Shown one piece after another: positions 1 to 10,968 of a stretch of 64,000 nucleotides of DNA. This stretch comes from Nitrososphaerota archaeon. Its GTDB lineage: Archaea > Thermoproteota > Nitrososphaeria_A > Caldarchaeales > Calditenuaceae. The position numbers and the translations under genes are program-made. Location: contig JAWBQR010000004.1 in NCBI GenBank assembly GCA_038845265.1, positions 66,049 through 130,048 on the forward strand. The letters run 5' to 3'. Numbering within the stretch: the first letter of the stretch is position 1; the number at the start of each line of letters is the position of its first letter. The notes below the pieces were generated by a model. The model saw only the letters and a program-made list of their open reading frames with translations. It was not told where the DNA came from and searched no databases.

Positions 1-2354
1 CTGCCAGCGCCATATTGTTTACCAGCGATGATGATTAGGGGCGTACCCTCTTTTTTATACCTCTGGGCCGCGTCAAAAATTGTCATTTTCTCCCCGCTCG
101 GCATATGAACCGTCCACCATCCCTCCGAGTCTGGCAAAAGGTAATTCTTCAGATGAATATTTGAAAATGTGCCTCTCTCCATTACTTCGTGGTTTCCTCT
201 CCTTGCGCCGTAAGTATTGAAGTCCGTTGGATCGACTCCAAGGCTTCTTAAGTAAGCTCCCGCTGGACTGTCGATATGAATTGCCCCGGCTGGGGAGATA
301 TGATCTGTCGTTACCCTATCGCCCAACAAGACAAGTACTCTGGCACCTCTTATATCGCTCGGCCTATCTGTGGTTAGCTTAAATTCATCAAGAAATGGCG
401 GTCTCTTAATGTAAGTTGATGTATCATCCCATTGAAATACTAGTCCAGTAGGTGCTGGAAGTGATTCCCATAGTTCATCACCCTTAAAGACGTCGCTATA
501 GATTTTGATGAATTTCTCAGGTGAAACCAGATTTCTCTTTATTCTTTCAATCTCTTCTGGGCTAGGCCAGATGTCTCTCAGATAGACAGGCTTACTATCT
601 ATATAACTCAGCGGCTCGTTGAGCAGGTCGATATCTAGTTTTCCAGCAATTGCATACGCAACTACTAGGATAGGCGAGGCCAAGAAACAACCACGAACCT
701 GGGGATGGATTCTCCCCTCGAAATTTCTATTGCCACTAATCACTGCACAGGTGTAAAGCTTTTCCTTGTCAACTGCCTCAGCGACTTCTCTTATTAATGG
801 TCCACTGTTGCCTATGCATGTCGTACATCCGTAACCAACTATGTGGAAACCTAGTTTTTCCAGGTATTGAAGCAGTCCGGAATGTCTGAGATATTCAGTC
901 ACTACTCTTGAGCCAGGAGCTAAGCTCGTCTTTACATGAGGTTTGACTGAAAGCCCCAATTCAAATGCTTTCTTCGCAATCAGTCCGGCACCAATCATCA
1001 ATGATGGATTAGAGGTATTTGCACAGCTAGTTATAGCCGCAATCACTACTGCGCCATCATCTATTACTGACTCTCTTCCATCAATATTGATTTTTACTCC
1101 TCCTACACTTCTTGTACGTGGTTCCTTTATCCGAGAGCGGTAATTCCTAATATGCTCTAAGATAATTTTCTTTACTTGACTTAGTGGAATTCTGTCCTCT
1201 GGATTTGCAGGACCAGAGACTGAAGGCTCAATGCTTGAAAGATCAATATCTATTATCTTACTATATGATATTGATTCAGAATCATGGTCATCTAGGAAAA
1301 AGCCTACCTCTCTACAGTAGATTTCGATACTCTTGACAAGCTCTGGTGTTCTTCCAGTTTGTAGGAGATAGTCCATTGTGGAGCTGTCTATGGGGAAAAA
1401 TCCAATCGTTGCACCATATTCTGGCGCCATATTAGATATAGTTGTCCGATCAGGCACTCTTAGCGACTTAACTCCTGGACCAAAGAACTCCACGAATTTC
1501 CCTACTAGATCTTGACTTCTCAGGCTTTCTGTAATCGTTAAAGCAAGGTCTGTAGCAGTGACATTTTTAGGCATCTCTCCAACAAGCCTCACCCCAACAA
1601 CCTCTGAGAATGATAATGGATATGGAAGGCCTAGTAATGCCGCTTCGGCCTCAATTCCGCCTACACCCCAGCCCAAAACACCCAGACCATTTACCATAGT
1701 AGTATGAGAATCAGTGCCTAGAACGATCTCGGGAAACATTATAAAGCCCCTTTCTGTTTGCCTAAAATCGATTACTTTGGCGAGGTGTTCAATGTTTACT
1801 TGATGAATTATTCCCTTGCCTGGTGGAATTACTCTAAGATTATCGAATGCGGATTGTGCCCATTTTAGAAAGATGTATCTCTCCCTATTTCTTTTATACT
1901 CGACTTCGATATTATACCTATACGCATCAGGCGACCCGAAAAAATCAACACTTAGTGAGTGATCAATTACTAGGTGGGTAGGAATCTTCGGATTAATTAT
2001 TGACGGGTTGATGCCAATTTTTTTGACAGCATCCCTCATTGCCGCTAAATCTACTATCAAGGGTATACCTGTAAAATCTTGGAGTAAAATTCTCGTAGGG
2101 AACAATGGTACTTCTATCCCAGATAAATCTCTATCGATGCGCCATTTATCAAAACTCCTAATAACAGAATCATCAATCAAGACACCATCATAATTCCTTA
2201 CAACATTTTCAAGAAGCATCCTAACGCAGTAAGGCATTTTCCATAAATCCTTTACATATCCAATCTCTTCAAGCTCAGAAATGTCGTAGTATGACATAGT
2301 CCCAATGGGCGTATTCAAACTCTTAATGACTTCAGTTACCCCTCTCTTTTCCAT
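1..2354 (-). CDS. acnA: Aconitate hydratase AcnA (3' end runs off the left edge of the window)
   Basis: Read manually from ATG at 2354: MEKRGVTEVIKSLNTPIG...KMPYCVRMLLENVVRNYDG, then RILLQDFTGIP, IDHSLSVD, GIIHQVNIE, GTDSHTTMVNGLGVLGWGVGGIEAEA, IAAITSCANTSNP, GYGCTTCIGNSG, SGNRNFEGRIHP, TTDHISPAG. Missing from the ORF track because it has no stop in the window. Confidence 0.95.
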   Translation of the reverse strand, partial: MEKRGVTEVIKSLNTPIGTMSYYDISELEEIGYVKDLWKMPYCVRMLLENVVRNYDGVLIDDSVIRSFDKWRIDRDLSGIEVPLFPTRILLQDFTGIPLIVDLAAMRDAVKKIGINPSIINPKIPTHLVIDHSLSVDFFGSPDAYRYNIEVEYKRNRERYIFLKWAQSAFDNLRVIPPGKGIIHQVNIEHLAKVIDFRQTERGFIMFPEIVLGTDSHTTMVNGLGVLGWGVGGIEAEAALLGLPYPLSFSEVVGVRLVGEMPKNVTATDLALTITESLRSQDLVGKFVEFFGPGVKSLRVPDRTTISNMAPEYGATIGFFPIDSSTMDYLLQTGRTPELVKSIEIYCREVGFFLDDHDSESISYSKIIDIDLSSIEPSVSGPANPEDRIPLSQVKKIILEHIRNYRSRIKEPRTRSVGGVKINIDGRESVIDDGAVVIAAITSCANTSNPSLMIGAGLIAKKAFELGLSVKPHVKTSLAPGSRVVTEYLRHSGLLQYLEKLGFHIVGYGCTTCIGNSGPLIREVAEAVDKEKLYTCAVISGNRNFEGRIHPQVRGCFLASPILVVAYAIAGKLDIDLLNEPLSYIDSKPVYLRDIWPSPEEIERIKRNLVSPEKFIKIYSDVFKGDELWESLPAPTGLVFQWDDTSTYIKRPPFLDEFKLTTDRPSDIRGARVLVLLGDRVTTDHISPAGAIHIDSPAGAYLRSLGVDPTDFNTYGARRGNHEVMERGTFSNIHLKNYLLPDSEGWWTVHMPSGEKMTIFDAAQRYKKEGTPLIIIAGKQYGAG

Positions 2355-2454
2355 CCCTGATATCAATGCTGATTTTTTATAAGGAATAATTTAAACGATC
2401 ACAAATAACCGCAATTAGTTACTTGACATAAATTCATTATACCTAAATCTCGAG

Positions 2455-2976
2455 CTACGATGCTGCTATGTATACGAAATGGGGCAACTCCTTACCAAAG
2501 ATCTCAATCGCCATTTTTACAGCGTCGGGCGAGCCTGGCAGCACCATTATTACTTTCTTATTTATCGTGCCTGCTGTGGCCCTCGTGAGAGCCGCGGCTG
2601 GGCCTATCTTTTTATAGCTTTCGAATCTAAGAATTTCTCCGAATCCCTCTATCTCCTTTTCAAGCAGTGGCTTTATGGCCTCGATTGTTAAGTCTCTTCT
2701 TGCCAGGCCTGTTCCGCCGGTCACTAATACAATATCTGCATTATGGGATAGAGCCTCAAATAATTTATCCCTAATCATTGCGACATCGTCATTTACAACT
2801 CCGAGATACTCGACGCTATAGCCCAAATTTTTTAATAAATTTACGGCTATTGTTCCAGAATCGTCGACGACATCATTGCCCCTCTGGATTTTTGCATATC
2901 TAGAGGTGCTAGCCGTGAATACAGCAATTTTTAGCGTACTTGGAGCTCTTGACTTATGTTCCTCCACTGCGCCCAT
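2455..2976 (-). CDS. moaB: Molybdenum/tungsten cofactor biosynthesis protein MoaB/MogA family
   Basis: Motifs DDSG, VNDD, TGGTGLARRDLTIEA, GFGEILR, TRATAG, LPGSPDAV. Confidence 0.9.
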   Translation of the reverse strand: MGAVEEHKSRAPSTLKIAVFTASTSRYAKIQRGNDVVDDSGTIAVNLLKNLGYSVEYLGVVNDDVAMIRDKLFEALSHNADIVLVTGGTGLARRDLTIEAIKPLLEKEIEGFGEILRFESYKKIGPAAALTRATAGTINKKVIMVLPGSPDAVKMAIEIFGKELPHFVYIAAS

Positions 2977-3119
2977 ATCGAAAAGAGAGATATGCGTTAG
3001 ATTTAATTCTTTGTAAACTTAAACCTTTGATAAGAATATGTATGAAAGGGTTCTCTGACTTTTAGAAACAGGTTTATATTTTGAAATAGGACTCCATCAG
3101 ATGGTGATAGGGGCTAAGC

Positions 3120-4352
3120 ATAGAGGTAAGCCTCGTATGTCGTGAGTGCGGGACTGAGTATGGACATGTTTTGTCCCATGTCTGCCAGGAATGTTTCGGC
3201 GCATTAGAGACTATTTACAACTATGAAAAGATAAGGGTGGAGAGAAGCAAAATTGAGTCACGAGTAGCTTCGATGTGGCGGTATAGAGAACTCTTACCGA
3301 TAATTGACAATAAACACATAGTAAGTTTAGGTGCAGGTTTTACTCCAATGATAAGGGCTGATAAGTTAGCCAGACTGATTGGTATCAGAAGGCTTTACAT
3401 AAAAAACGATACCATAAATCCAACTTACAGCTTTAAAGATCGGCCGGCAAGTGTCGCCATATCTAAAGCCTCCGAATTCGGTGTAAAAATCGTCGGATGC
3501 GCCTCAACTGGGAACCTAGCAAGCGCAACCGCTGCCCATGCGGCTGCATCCGGACTAGGATGCATAGTTTTTATGCCAAGCACTGTAGAGAGCGAAAAAA
3601 TTAAGCAGGCATCAATCTATGGAGCCAATGTAGTGCTGATTGAGGGGACATATGATGATGTAAATAGACTTGCTGCGCTGGCCGCTGACCGATTCGGTTT
3701 AGGAATCGTGAATGTCAATCTTAGACCATATTACGTTGAGGGATCGAAGACTATGGGATTGGAGATAATTGAGCAGTTAGGATGGAGGCTACCTGATAGG
3801 ATAATTGTTCCTTCTGCCAGTGGAGCGCTCCTCTCAGCAATCTACAAAGGGATAGAAGAGGCTGAAAGAATAGGACTTATAAATAGCACTACAGTTGCCA
3901 TGACTTGCGCTCAGCCTCTCGGCTGCTCACCCATTGTAGACGCGTTTAAGAAGAAACTCAGTGAAATAGTACCTGTAAGAAAACCTACCACTATTGTGCA
4001 GAGTCTCGCAATTGGTGATCCAGGTGATGGATATGAAGTACTTAAAGTCGTAAGAAAAACAGGAGGCACATGCGAAGCAGTCAGTGATGAAGAAGCATTA
4101 ATGGCGGTCAGAATGCTCGCTTCGGAGACCGGAATATTTGCCGAGCCGGGCGGGGCGATATCTATAGCGGTCTTGAAAAAGTTGATTGACCAAGGCGAGA
4201 TAGGCCATGACGAAGAAGTAGTTTGCTGTATAACTGGAAGTGGACTCAAAACACTTGAGATAACACCGCCCGGACAGAATATTCACAAAACCGAGACGAA
4301 ATTTGAATCTCTAAGCATACTATTAAACAACATCACACAGCTTTACCGGTAA
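3120..4352 (+). CDS. thrC: Threonine synthase (PLP fold II) with N-terminal Zn ribbon; start codon uncertain
   Basis: NPTYSFKDR PLP-lysine motif, ASTGNLA, RPYYVEGSKT, EPGGA, TGSGLK. The frame stays open upstream of the TTG at 3171 to a TAG at 3108 and encodes CRECG, the partner of CQECFG. Confidence 0.85.
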   Translation: MEVSLVCRECGTEYGHVLSHVCQECFGALETIYNYEKIRVERSKIESRVASMWRYRELLPIIDNKHIVSLGAGFTPMIRADKLARLIGIRRLYIKNDTINPTYSFKDRPASVAISKASEFGVKIVGCASTGNLASATAAHAAASGLGCIVFMPSTVESEKIKQASIYGANVVLIEGTYDDVNRLAALAADRFGLGIVNVNLRPYYVEGSKTMGLEIIEQLGWRLPDRIIVPSASGALLSAIYKGIEEAERIGLINSTTVAMTCAQPLGCSPIVDAFKKKLSEIVPVRKPTTIVQSLAIGDPGDGYEVLKVVRKTGGTCEAVSDEEALMAVRMLASETGIFAEPGGAISIAVLKKLIDQGEIGHDEEVVCCITGSGLKTLEITPPGQNIHKTETKFESLSILLNNITQLYR

Positions 4353-4421
4353 GCTGTATTGAGCCATCATCCTCGATTAATTAAATCATTTATATAAATA
4401 ACCTAATATGTTTTAAGAGAC

Positions 4422-4706
4422 ATGGCGAAGATAAGGGTACTAGTGACTGCTGCGCTCTCGACCTACATGAATGGCGACAGAGAGATAATCATCGAGGCAG
4501 AGACGGTTAGAGACCTGATCGATAAGCTCATAACAAAGTATGGAAAGAACTTGGCATCAAGACTATTAGACGAGAACGGCAAGATTAGAAGATTCATAAA
4601 TATCTATGTAAATGATAAGAATGTTCGTGTCGATGAGACGGAATTGAAGCTAAAAGACGGTGACCAAATACTGATCCTGCCCGCCGTAAGTGGTGGAAAA
4701 TTCTAA
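4422..4706 (+). CDS. MoaD/ThiS/SAMP-family beta-grasp sulfur carrier with C-terminal GG-KF extension
   Basis: FINIYVND, LKDGDQILILPAVSGG followed by KF and stop; TATA-like TTTATATAAA about 25 nt upstream. Confidence 0.9.
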   Translation: MAKIRVLVTAALSTYMNGDREIIIEAETVRDLIDKLITKYGKNLASRLLDENGKIRRFINIYVNDKNVRVDETELKLKDGDQILILPAVSGGKF

Positions 4707-4766
4707 AAGCTCCGGTAAGCCCTATAAATCATAATTTATTAACTCCTACTCTTTAATTTGGATTAG

Positions 4767-5162
4767 ATGAGTAAGCCGGTAGACTTGGGCTCCATTAAGG
4801 AGGGAGGAAACATAATAATCGACGGCGAGCCATGCAGAGTCGTCGAGGTTGAAAAATCAAAGCCAGGAAAACACGGCTCAGCTAAAGTCAGACTAGTCGC
4901 TATAGGCATATTTGACGGAGTTAAGAGAAGTATGGTAGGCCCAGCTGATCAAAGGGTAGAAGTACCCATCATCGAGAAGAGGTCAGGCCAAGTCGTGTCA
5001 GTCGGAGAGACGGTAAGCGTAATGGACAAAGAAAGCCTAGAAATAGTTGAAGTGCCTCTTCCTGCCGATCAGTCATTGGCCACCAGGCTCGAGCCAGGAG
5101 TAACGGTTGAGTACTGGAAGGTTTTAGACCGATACTTAATTAATCAAGTACGTTCTGAATAA
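4767..5162 (+). CDS. eif5a: Translation factor aIF5A
   Basis: Hypusination motif SKPGKHGSAK. Confidence 0.96.
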   Translation: MSKPVDLGSIKEGGNIIIDGEPCRVVEVEKSKPGKHGSAKVRLVAIGIFDGVKRSMVGPADQRVEVPIIEKRSGQVVSVGETVSVMDKESLEIVEVPLPADQSLATRLEPGVTVEYWKVLDRYLINQVRSE

Positions 5163-5276
5163 ATATTTTTTGAAGTATGATAATTGAAGTAAACATTTTG
5201 ATCTCTTAAATATAAGTATTATCTTGTCTTCAAAGAAAAATTTATATTTTAATAATTTCATACTATTAATTGAAGT

Positions 5277-5876
5277 ATGATGAATAAAACATACAAAAAT
5301 AATAGTAAAAAAGGGCTGACCGGGTTAGAGACTGCAATAATACTGATAAGCTTCGTAATTGTCGCAGCTGCGTTTTCATTTGCTGTACTTAACTTGGGGC
5401 TCTTCACAACCCAGAAGAGCGGTGAAGTCCTACAGGCAGGACTCGAGGAGGCAACATCCGCGATTGAGACGGTAGGAGGCGTAATTGCTCAAAGCTCTGG
5501 CGATACAGTATCGAATGTTACTGTTTATTTCAAAGTGTCGGTCGGTAAAAGACCAATTGATATGAGGGTGGGACAACTTGTAATTAGTTATCATGACAGC
5601 AGAGCAAGTATACCGAATGTCTATACTTCGAACGCTACTTCTCTTCCACTAATATCAAGTTCAAGCCCAGGGGTGATGGTTAGACAGATAACTGGAGATG
5701 GTGATAATTTAATAGAGTATGGTGAGCTTTGGTCTGTCACCATCGCAATCGCAGAGCTTAAAGATCTTTCGCCAAACGAGGTCTTTGCTATCGAGTTAAA
5801 GCCACCTACCGGTTCTGTTCTAAAGGTTGAGAGAAGACTGCCGCCGGCGTTGGATCAAGTGATGGACCTAACCTAA
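5277..5876 (+). CDS. flaB: Archaellin ArlB/FlaB
   Basis: Class III signal peptide KKG|LTGLETAIILISFVIVAAAFSFAVLNLGLFTTQKS, DGDNLIEYGE, ELKPPTGSVLKVER; N-glycosylation sequons NVT and NAT. Confidence 0.93.
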   Translation: MMNKTYKNNSKKGLTGLETAIILISFVIVAAAFSFAVLNLGLFTTQKSGEVLQAGLEEATSAIETVGGVIAQSSGDTVSNVTVYFKVSVGKRPIDMRVGQLVISYHDSRASIPNVYTSNATSLPLISSSSPGVMVRQITGDGDNLIEYGELWSVTIAIAELKDLSPNEVFAIELKPPTGSVLKVERRLPPALDQVMDLT

Positions 5877-5888
5877 ACTCACTAAACA

Positions 5889-5916
5889 TTTTTTTATTTA
5901 TTTTTTATTTTTTTAT
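5889..5916 (+). terminator. Oligo-T archaeal intrinsic terminator after archaellin
   Basis: Three T-runs directly after the flaB stop codon. Confidence 0.6.
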
Positions 5917-5923
5917 ATGGACT

Positions 5924-7036
5924 TTGAGGATATCGTTCACTGCGTCCGGTAATCATGTTGGCGGTGCAACTATGGCGATGTTTAATCTAATGATTGGACT
6001 ACTGCGGCTGGGACATGAGCCTGTATTAATTGCAACCACTCCGTCTAAGAAGTATGAAGATCATTTCGAAAGACTGAGAAAAATTGGAGTAGAAATGCAT
6101 TTCACCGGCACAGCCCATTCAGGACTCACTCATTGGCTACGCCTTGCAAGCCATGCCTTGACTAATTTAAATAGGTACAATATTGATTTGGTACATCTTC
6201 ACCTTCCTAAAGAAGCTGCCTTTCTTTTTTACACTCTGAAATCACTTCATATACCTGTAGTTTCGACGTTTGAGGGGGACCCATTCTTGGAGGCGAGATT
6301 TGATGTTACGTTTGATAAGGGAATAATCATTAAGGTTGGTAGTAACTTGATGGCTATGGCTGATGCGGTTACTGCTTGTTCGTCATGGCTTGCTGGGCGG
6401 CTGGGTAGAGTGTGGAATATTAATGTTTATGCAGTTCCAAATCCAATTGATGTAGAAAGGTTTCTAGGAATAAAAGAATGGTGTGGAAGCGAGAAGATAG
6501 TTGTCGCGCTTGCTAGGCTTGTCCCCATAAAGGGAATAGATGTATTAGTCAAGGCGGCTAGACGAGTCTCATCTGAATGTAGAGATGTACGCTTCATAGT
6601 TGCGGGCGAGGGACCATCTAAGCAGGAATTGATGGGCCTGATAAACAAGTATGGATTAAGAGAAGTTTTTAGCTTAGTCGGATTTATATCTTCACCGGAA
6701 AATCTGCTGTCCAAGTCTTACATGGTAGTCATGCCGTCGCTTTATGAGCCCTTTGGAATGCCGGCAGCCGAGGCCGGCGCTGCACTTAGACCAGTCGTGG
6801 CCTCCAATACTGGTGGACTTGCCGAGATTGTGATTGATGGTTACAATGGTTTTCTTGCTAGACCGGGAGATCCAGTCGACCTGGCCGACAAGATAATTTG
6901 GCTTCTTGAAAACGAAGATGTCTCAAAGGAAATGGGCCGTAGGGGCAGAGTTAGGGTTTTAGAGAACTATACACCAGTACTGGTTGCTAAGAAATATCTC
7001 GAGATCTATCAGCGGGCCCTTAACAATTCTAGGTAG
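5924..7036 (+). CDS. Glycosyltransferase family 4 (GT-B)
   Basis: ARLVPIKGID, PSLYEPFGMPAAEA, SNTGGLAEIVIDGYNG. Confidence 0.9.
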   Translation: MRISFTASGNHVGGATMAMFNLMIGLLRLGHEPVLIATTPSKKYEDHFERLRKIGVEMHFTGTAHSGLTHWLRLASHALTNLNRYNIDLVHLHLPKEAAFLFYTLKSLHIPVVSTFEGDPFLEARFDVTFDKGIIIKVGSNLMAMADAVTACSSWLAGRLGRVWNINVYAVPNPIDVERFLGIKEWCGSEKIVVALARLVPIKGIDVLVKAARRVSSECRDVRFIVAGEGPSKQELMGLINKYGLREVFSLVGFISSPENLLSKSYMVVMPSLYEPFGMPAAEAGAALRPVVASNTGGLAEIVIDGYNGFLARPGDPVDLADKIIWLLENEDVSKEMGRRGRVRVLENYTPVLVAKKYLEIYQRALNNSR

Positions 7037-8007
7037 CATTTTGCGTATCGATCTACAGTTTTTCGCCACTCAAACTCTCTGACAGTTATTCTATATGCAT
7101 TTTCCGCTATTTTCTTCCTCAGGGCATCGTCTTCAAGCATGGCGATTATTGATTCAGCTACAGATTCAGGCGTTGGTTTTGGAATCATGTAGACGCTCTC
7201 GAGGTGCTTAAAGACCTCTGGAATGAGCCCGACGGGGGTCGAGACTGACGGAGTCATGCAGGCAGCTGCCTCAAAAACTGTTCTTGGACCGCCCTCATAA
7301 CTTGAAACGCATGCAAATAGACTCGCTCTATTATATTCTTCAGCAAGTTCTTCATGACTAATCCATGAATACTTAATCTCTACATATTTCTCAAGGTCAA
7401 GCCTACTAACTAGGCTTCCTAAGTATTTTGCCATAGGTCCCCTTCCAATTATTTTCAGATATGCATCAGGCATATTCTTGACTACTATTTTCATTGCCTT
7501 CACAAGAATATCTGGGTTTTTCTGGCATTCCATCCTTCCAACGAAAAGTATCATGGGTTCTCTGTCTTCAATACGCATTCTCGGACTAAACTTATTCAGG
7601 TCTATGTATATCGATGGTATATAAACAATCCTTGAGTCTGTGTATTTTTTAATCTTTGCCGCGATATGTCTATTTACAGCTCTAATAAGGATGGATCGTC
7701 TTAAGACAATTGGAAGCATTATTCTGTCTCTTAGTTTTAGTATATTTTCATCTATGTAGTCTCCGTGTATTTCAGATATTAGGGGGATATTCTTGGTTAA
7801 TGAGATAATGTATGCGAGTCCTCCAATCGTTGATAGTGGTTCTTGAGCAATCACTAAGTCGTAGTGAGTCCTGCTCAGCAATGAGTGGAGAAGTGCTTTA
7901 CAGAATGTTTTAGGATTCTTTATCTCGATTAGATCTATTTTGCCCCAAGCTCTCTCGAGGTCTTTGTGGGCAATTGATCTTGCTCTTGAAACCATTAATA
8001 CGTGCAA
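7009..8007 (-). CDS. Glycosyltransferase family 4 (GT-B)
   Basis: FVGRMECQKN, SSYEGGPRTVFEAAAC, STPVGLIPE. Confidence 0.88.
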   Translation of the reverse strand: MHVLMVSRARSIAHKDLERAWGKIDLIEIKNPKTFCKALLHSLLSRTHYDLVIAQEPLSTIGGLAYIISLTKNIPLISEIHGDYIDENILKLRDRIMLPIVLRRSILIRAVNRHIAAKIKKYTDSRIVYIPSIYIDLNKFSPRMRIEDREPMILFVGRMECQKNPDILVKAMKIVVKNMPDAYLKIIGRGPMAKYLGSLVSRLDLEKYVEIKYSWISHEELAEEYNRASLFACVSSYEGGPRTVFEAAACMTPSVSTPVGLIPEVFKHLESVYMIPKPTPESVAESIIAMLEDDALRKKIAENAYRITVREFEWRKTVDRYAKCYLELLRAR

Positions 8008-8028
8008 TTCTATTAATTATAGCGTGTT

Positions 8029-8985
8029 TTACGAGTTTTTAAGTCTCCACTCAATGTATTTCTTAACAATGGTTTTTATATCTACTTTTGGCTCCCACCC
8101 TAGGAGTTTTCTGGCCTTCGAATTGTCAGAATAGCTGTGAAGTGCTTCGTGTGGAGAGAGTTCAGCGTATTTTATCTCTGATTTGTCTCCTCCCATTTCT
8201 TCGATAACTCTCTCGGCTAGTTCGAGTACTGATGTTGGTCTCCCAGCTCCTAGATTGATGACTTCAAACTGCCTGTCTAATTGCCCAGCGAGTATTGTTC
8301 CGTCCGCAATATCTCCTACGTAAGTAAAGTCCCTCGTCGCGGGCTGGAACCTGCCATCTAGCCACCTGCCGTTTACTATGAGTGGTTTACCATTTAGCAC
8401 ATTGTCCACAAAGATCTTTAGGACTATGTTTCCCCTGCATCTCTCTCCGACAACGTTGAAGTATCTTAGTATAATACATGAAACTCCATACAGTTCGTGG
8501 TATAGTTTGCATAGTTGTTCACCAAAGTATTTGCTCAGTGCATATGGGCCAGAGGGGTTAGGCTTCATGTCCTCTTTTAAAGGTGGAGGTGAATTCCCGT
8601 AGACACTCGAACTTGACGAAAAAACTATCTTTGGCTTAACCCTGGCGGTACGGGCTGCCTCGAGAATATTTAATAAAGTAATTGTATTCTGCTCGACGTA
8701 TGAATAGGGGTCATCGATTGATAATCTATGCGACGCAAGAGCTGCTAAGTGATAGATTGTCGTTGGTTCATACTTGTTTATTAGATTCATAATGAATTGT
8801 TTATTCACCAAGTCTCCGTAAATTATTCTCTCTTCATTAAAGGCCGGACATCCTCTCAGCTCGTTTAATATTTTTTCGTTAATCTTTTTCTTGTCGACGA
8901 TGATTATTTCTTCTTCTCCTTTGTTGTAGAGCCTCTCGACTACGTGTGAGCCAATAAAGCCCAGCCCGCCTGTAACTATAATCAA
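8029..8985 (-). CDS. NAD-dependent nucleotide-sugar epimerase/dehydratase (extended SDR)
   Basis: TGGLGFIGSH, HLAA, SSSSVYG, YALSK, LRYFNVVG, RDFTYVGD. Confidence 0.93.
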   Translation of the reverse strand: MIIVTGGLGFIGSHVVERLYNKGEEEIIIVDKKKINEKILNELRGCPAFNEERIIYGDLVNKQFIMNLINKYEPTTIYHLAALASHRLSIDDPYSYVEQNTITLLNILEAARTARVKPKIVFSSSSSVYGNSPPPLKEDMKPNPSGPYALSKYFGEQLCKLYHELYGVSCIILRYFNVVGERCRGNIVLKIFVDNVLNGKPLIVNGRWLDGRFQPATRDFTYVGDIADGTILAGQLDRQFEVINLGAGRPTSVLELAERVIEEMGGDKSEIKYAELSPHEALHSYSDNSKARKLLGWEPKVDIKTIVKKYIEWRLKNS

Positions 8986-9060
8986 TCTACACCACTCATC
9001 GTTTAAATGTGGGATAATTTATTCCCTAACTTAAGTAATGCAAAATGGATTGATATTTCC

Positions 9061-9076
9061 AAAGAATACTTATAAG
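9061..9076 (+). promoter_or_regulatory. Putative BRE/TATA promoter of the 16S precursor
   Basis: AAAGAATAC-TTATAAG about 25 nt upstream of the abrupt start of the GC-rich structured leader near 9100. Confidence 0.55.
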
Positions 9077-9227
9077 GACCTAGGTTAATGATTAATTACG
9101 GAGCCCAGGGCTACAAGGCGGCGTCGCCCCAGAGACCAGAGTGAAGATCTGGGGCTATGAAGAGGGCGATCTCCAGCTCTGGGCAAAGAATGAGGACCCA
9201 AGTATTAACGAATGCTTGGGTCTAATG

Positions 9228-9267
9228 TGGGCCACGGTTCAGAGAAATGAACCCGCCACCCCAGGCA
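9228..9267 (+). other. 5' strand of the 16S processing stem with bulge-helix-bulge motif (pairs with 10766-10804)
   Basis: TGGGCCACGGTTCA-GAGA-AAT-GAACCCGCCACCCCAGGCA pairs with TGCCTAGGGTGGCGGAGC-TCTC-AGA-TGAGCCGTGGCCCA: 4-bp GAGA/TCTC helix with two 3-nt bulges. Confidence 0.8.
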
Positions 9268-9268
9268 G

Positions 9269-10760
<1,492 letters not shown>

Positions 10761-10765
10761 GAGAA

Positions 10766-10804
10766 TGCCTAGGGTGGCGGAGCTCTCAGATGAGCCGTGG
10801 CCCA
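10766..10804 (+). other. 3' strand of the 16S processing stem (BHB)
   Basis: Complementary to 9228-9267. Confidence 0.8.
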
Positions 10805-10968
10805 TTTACAATAATGATTGCATTAATTTATTTTATATTATTTTTATGAATAATATCGCATTGCCTCCGTTCTGTGGTAAATATTCATTCCTATTCGCCG
10901 AGCTGTGGCATGTCTTGCTGTGTAAGGAATCATAAGTGCTGAGAGAGGCCAAGTCCAAGATATGCTGC

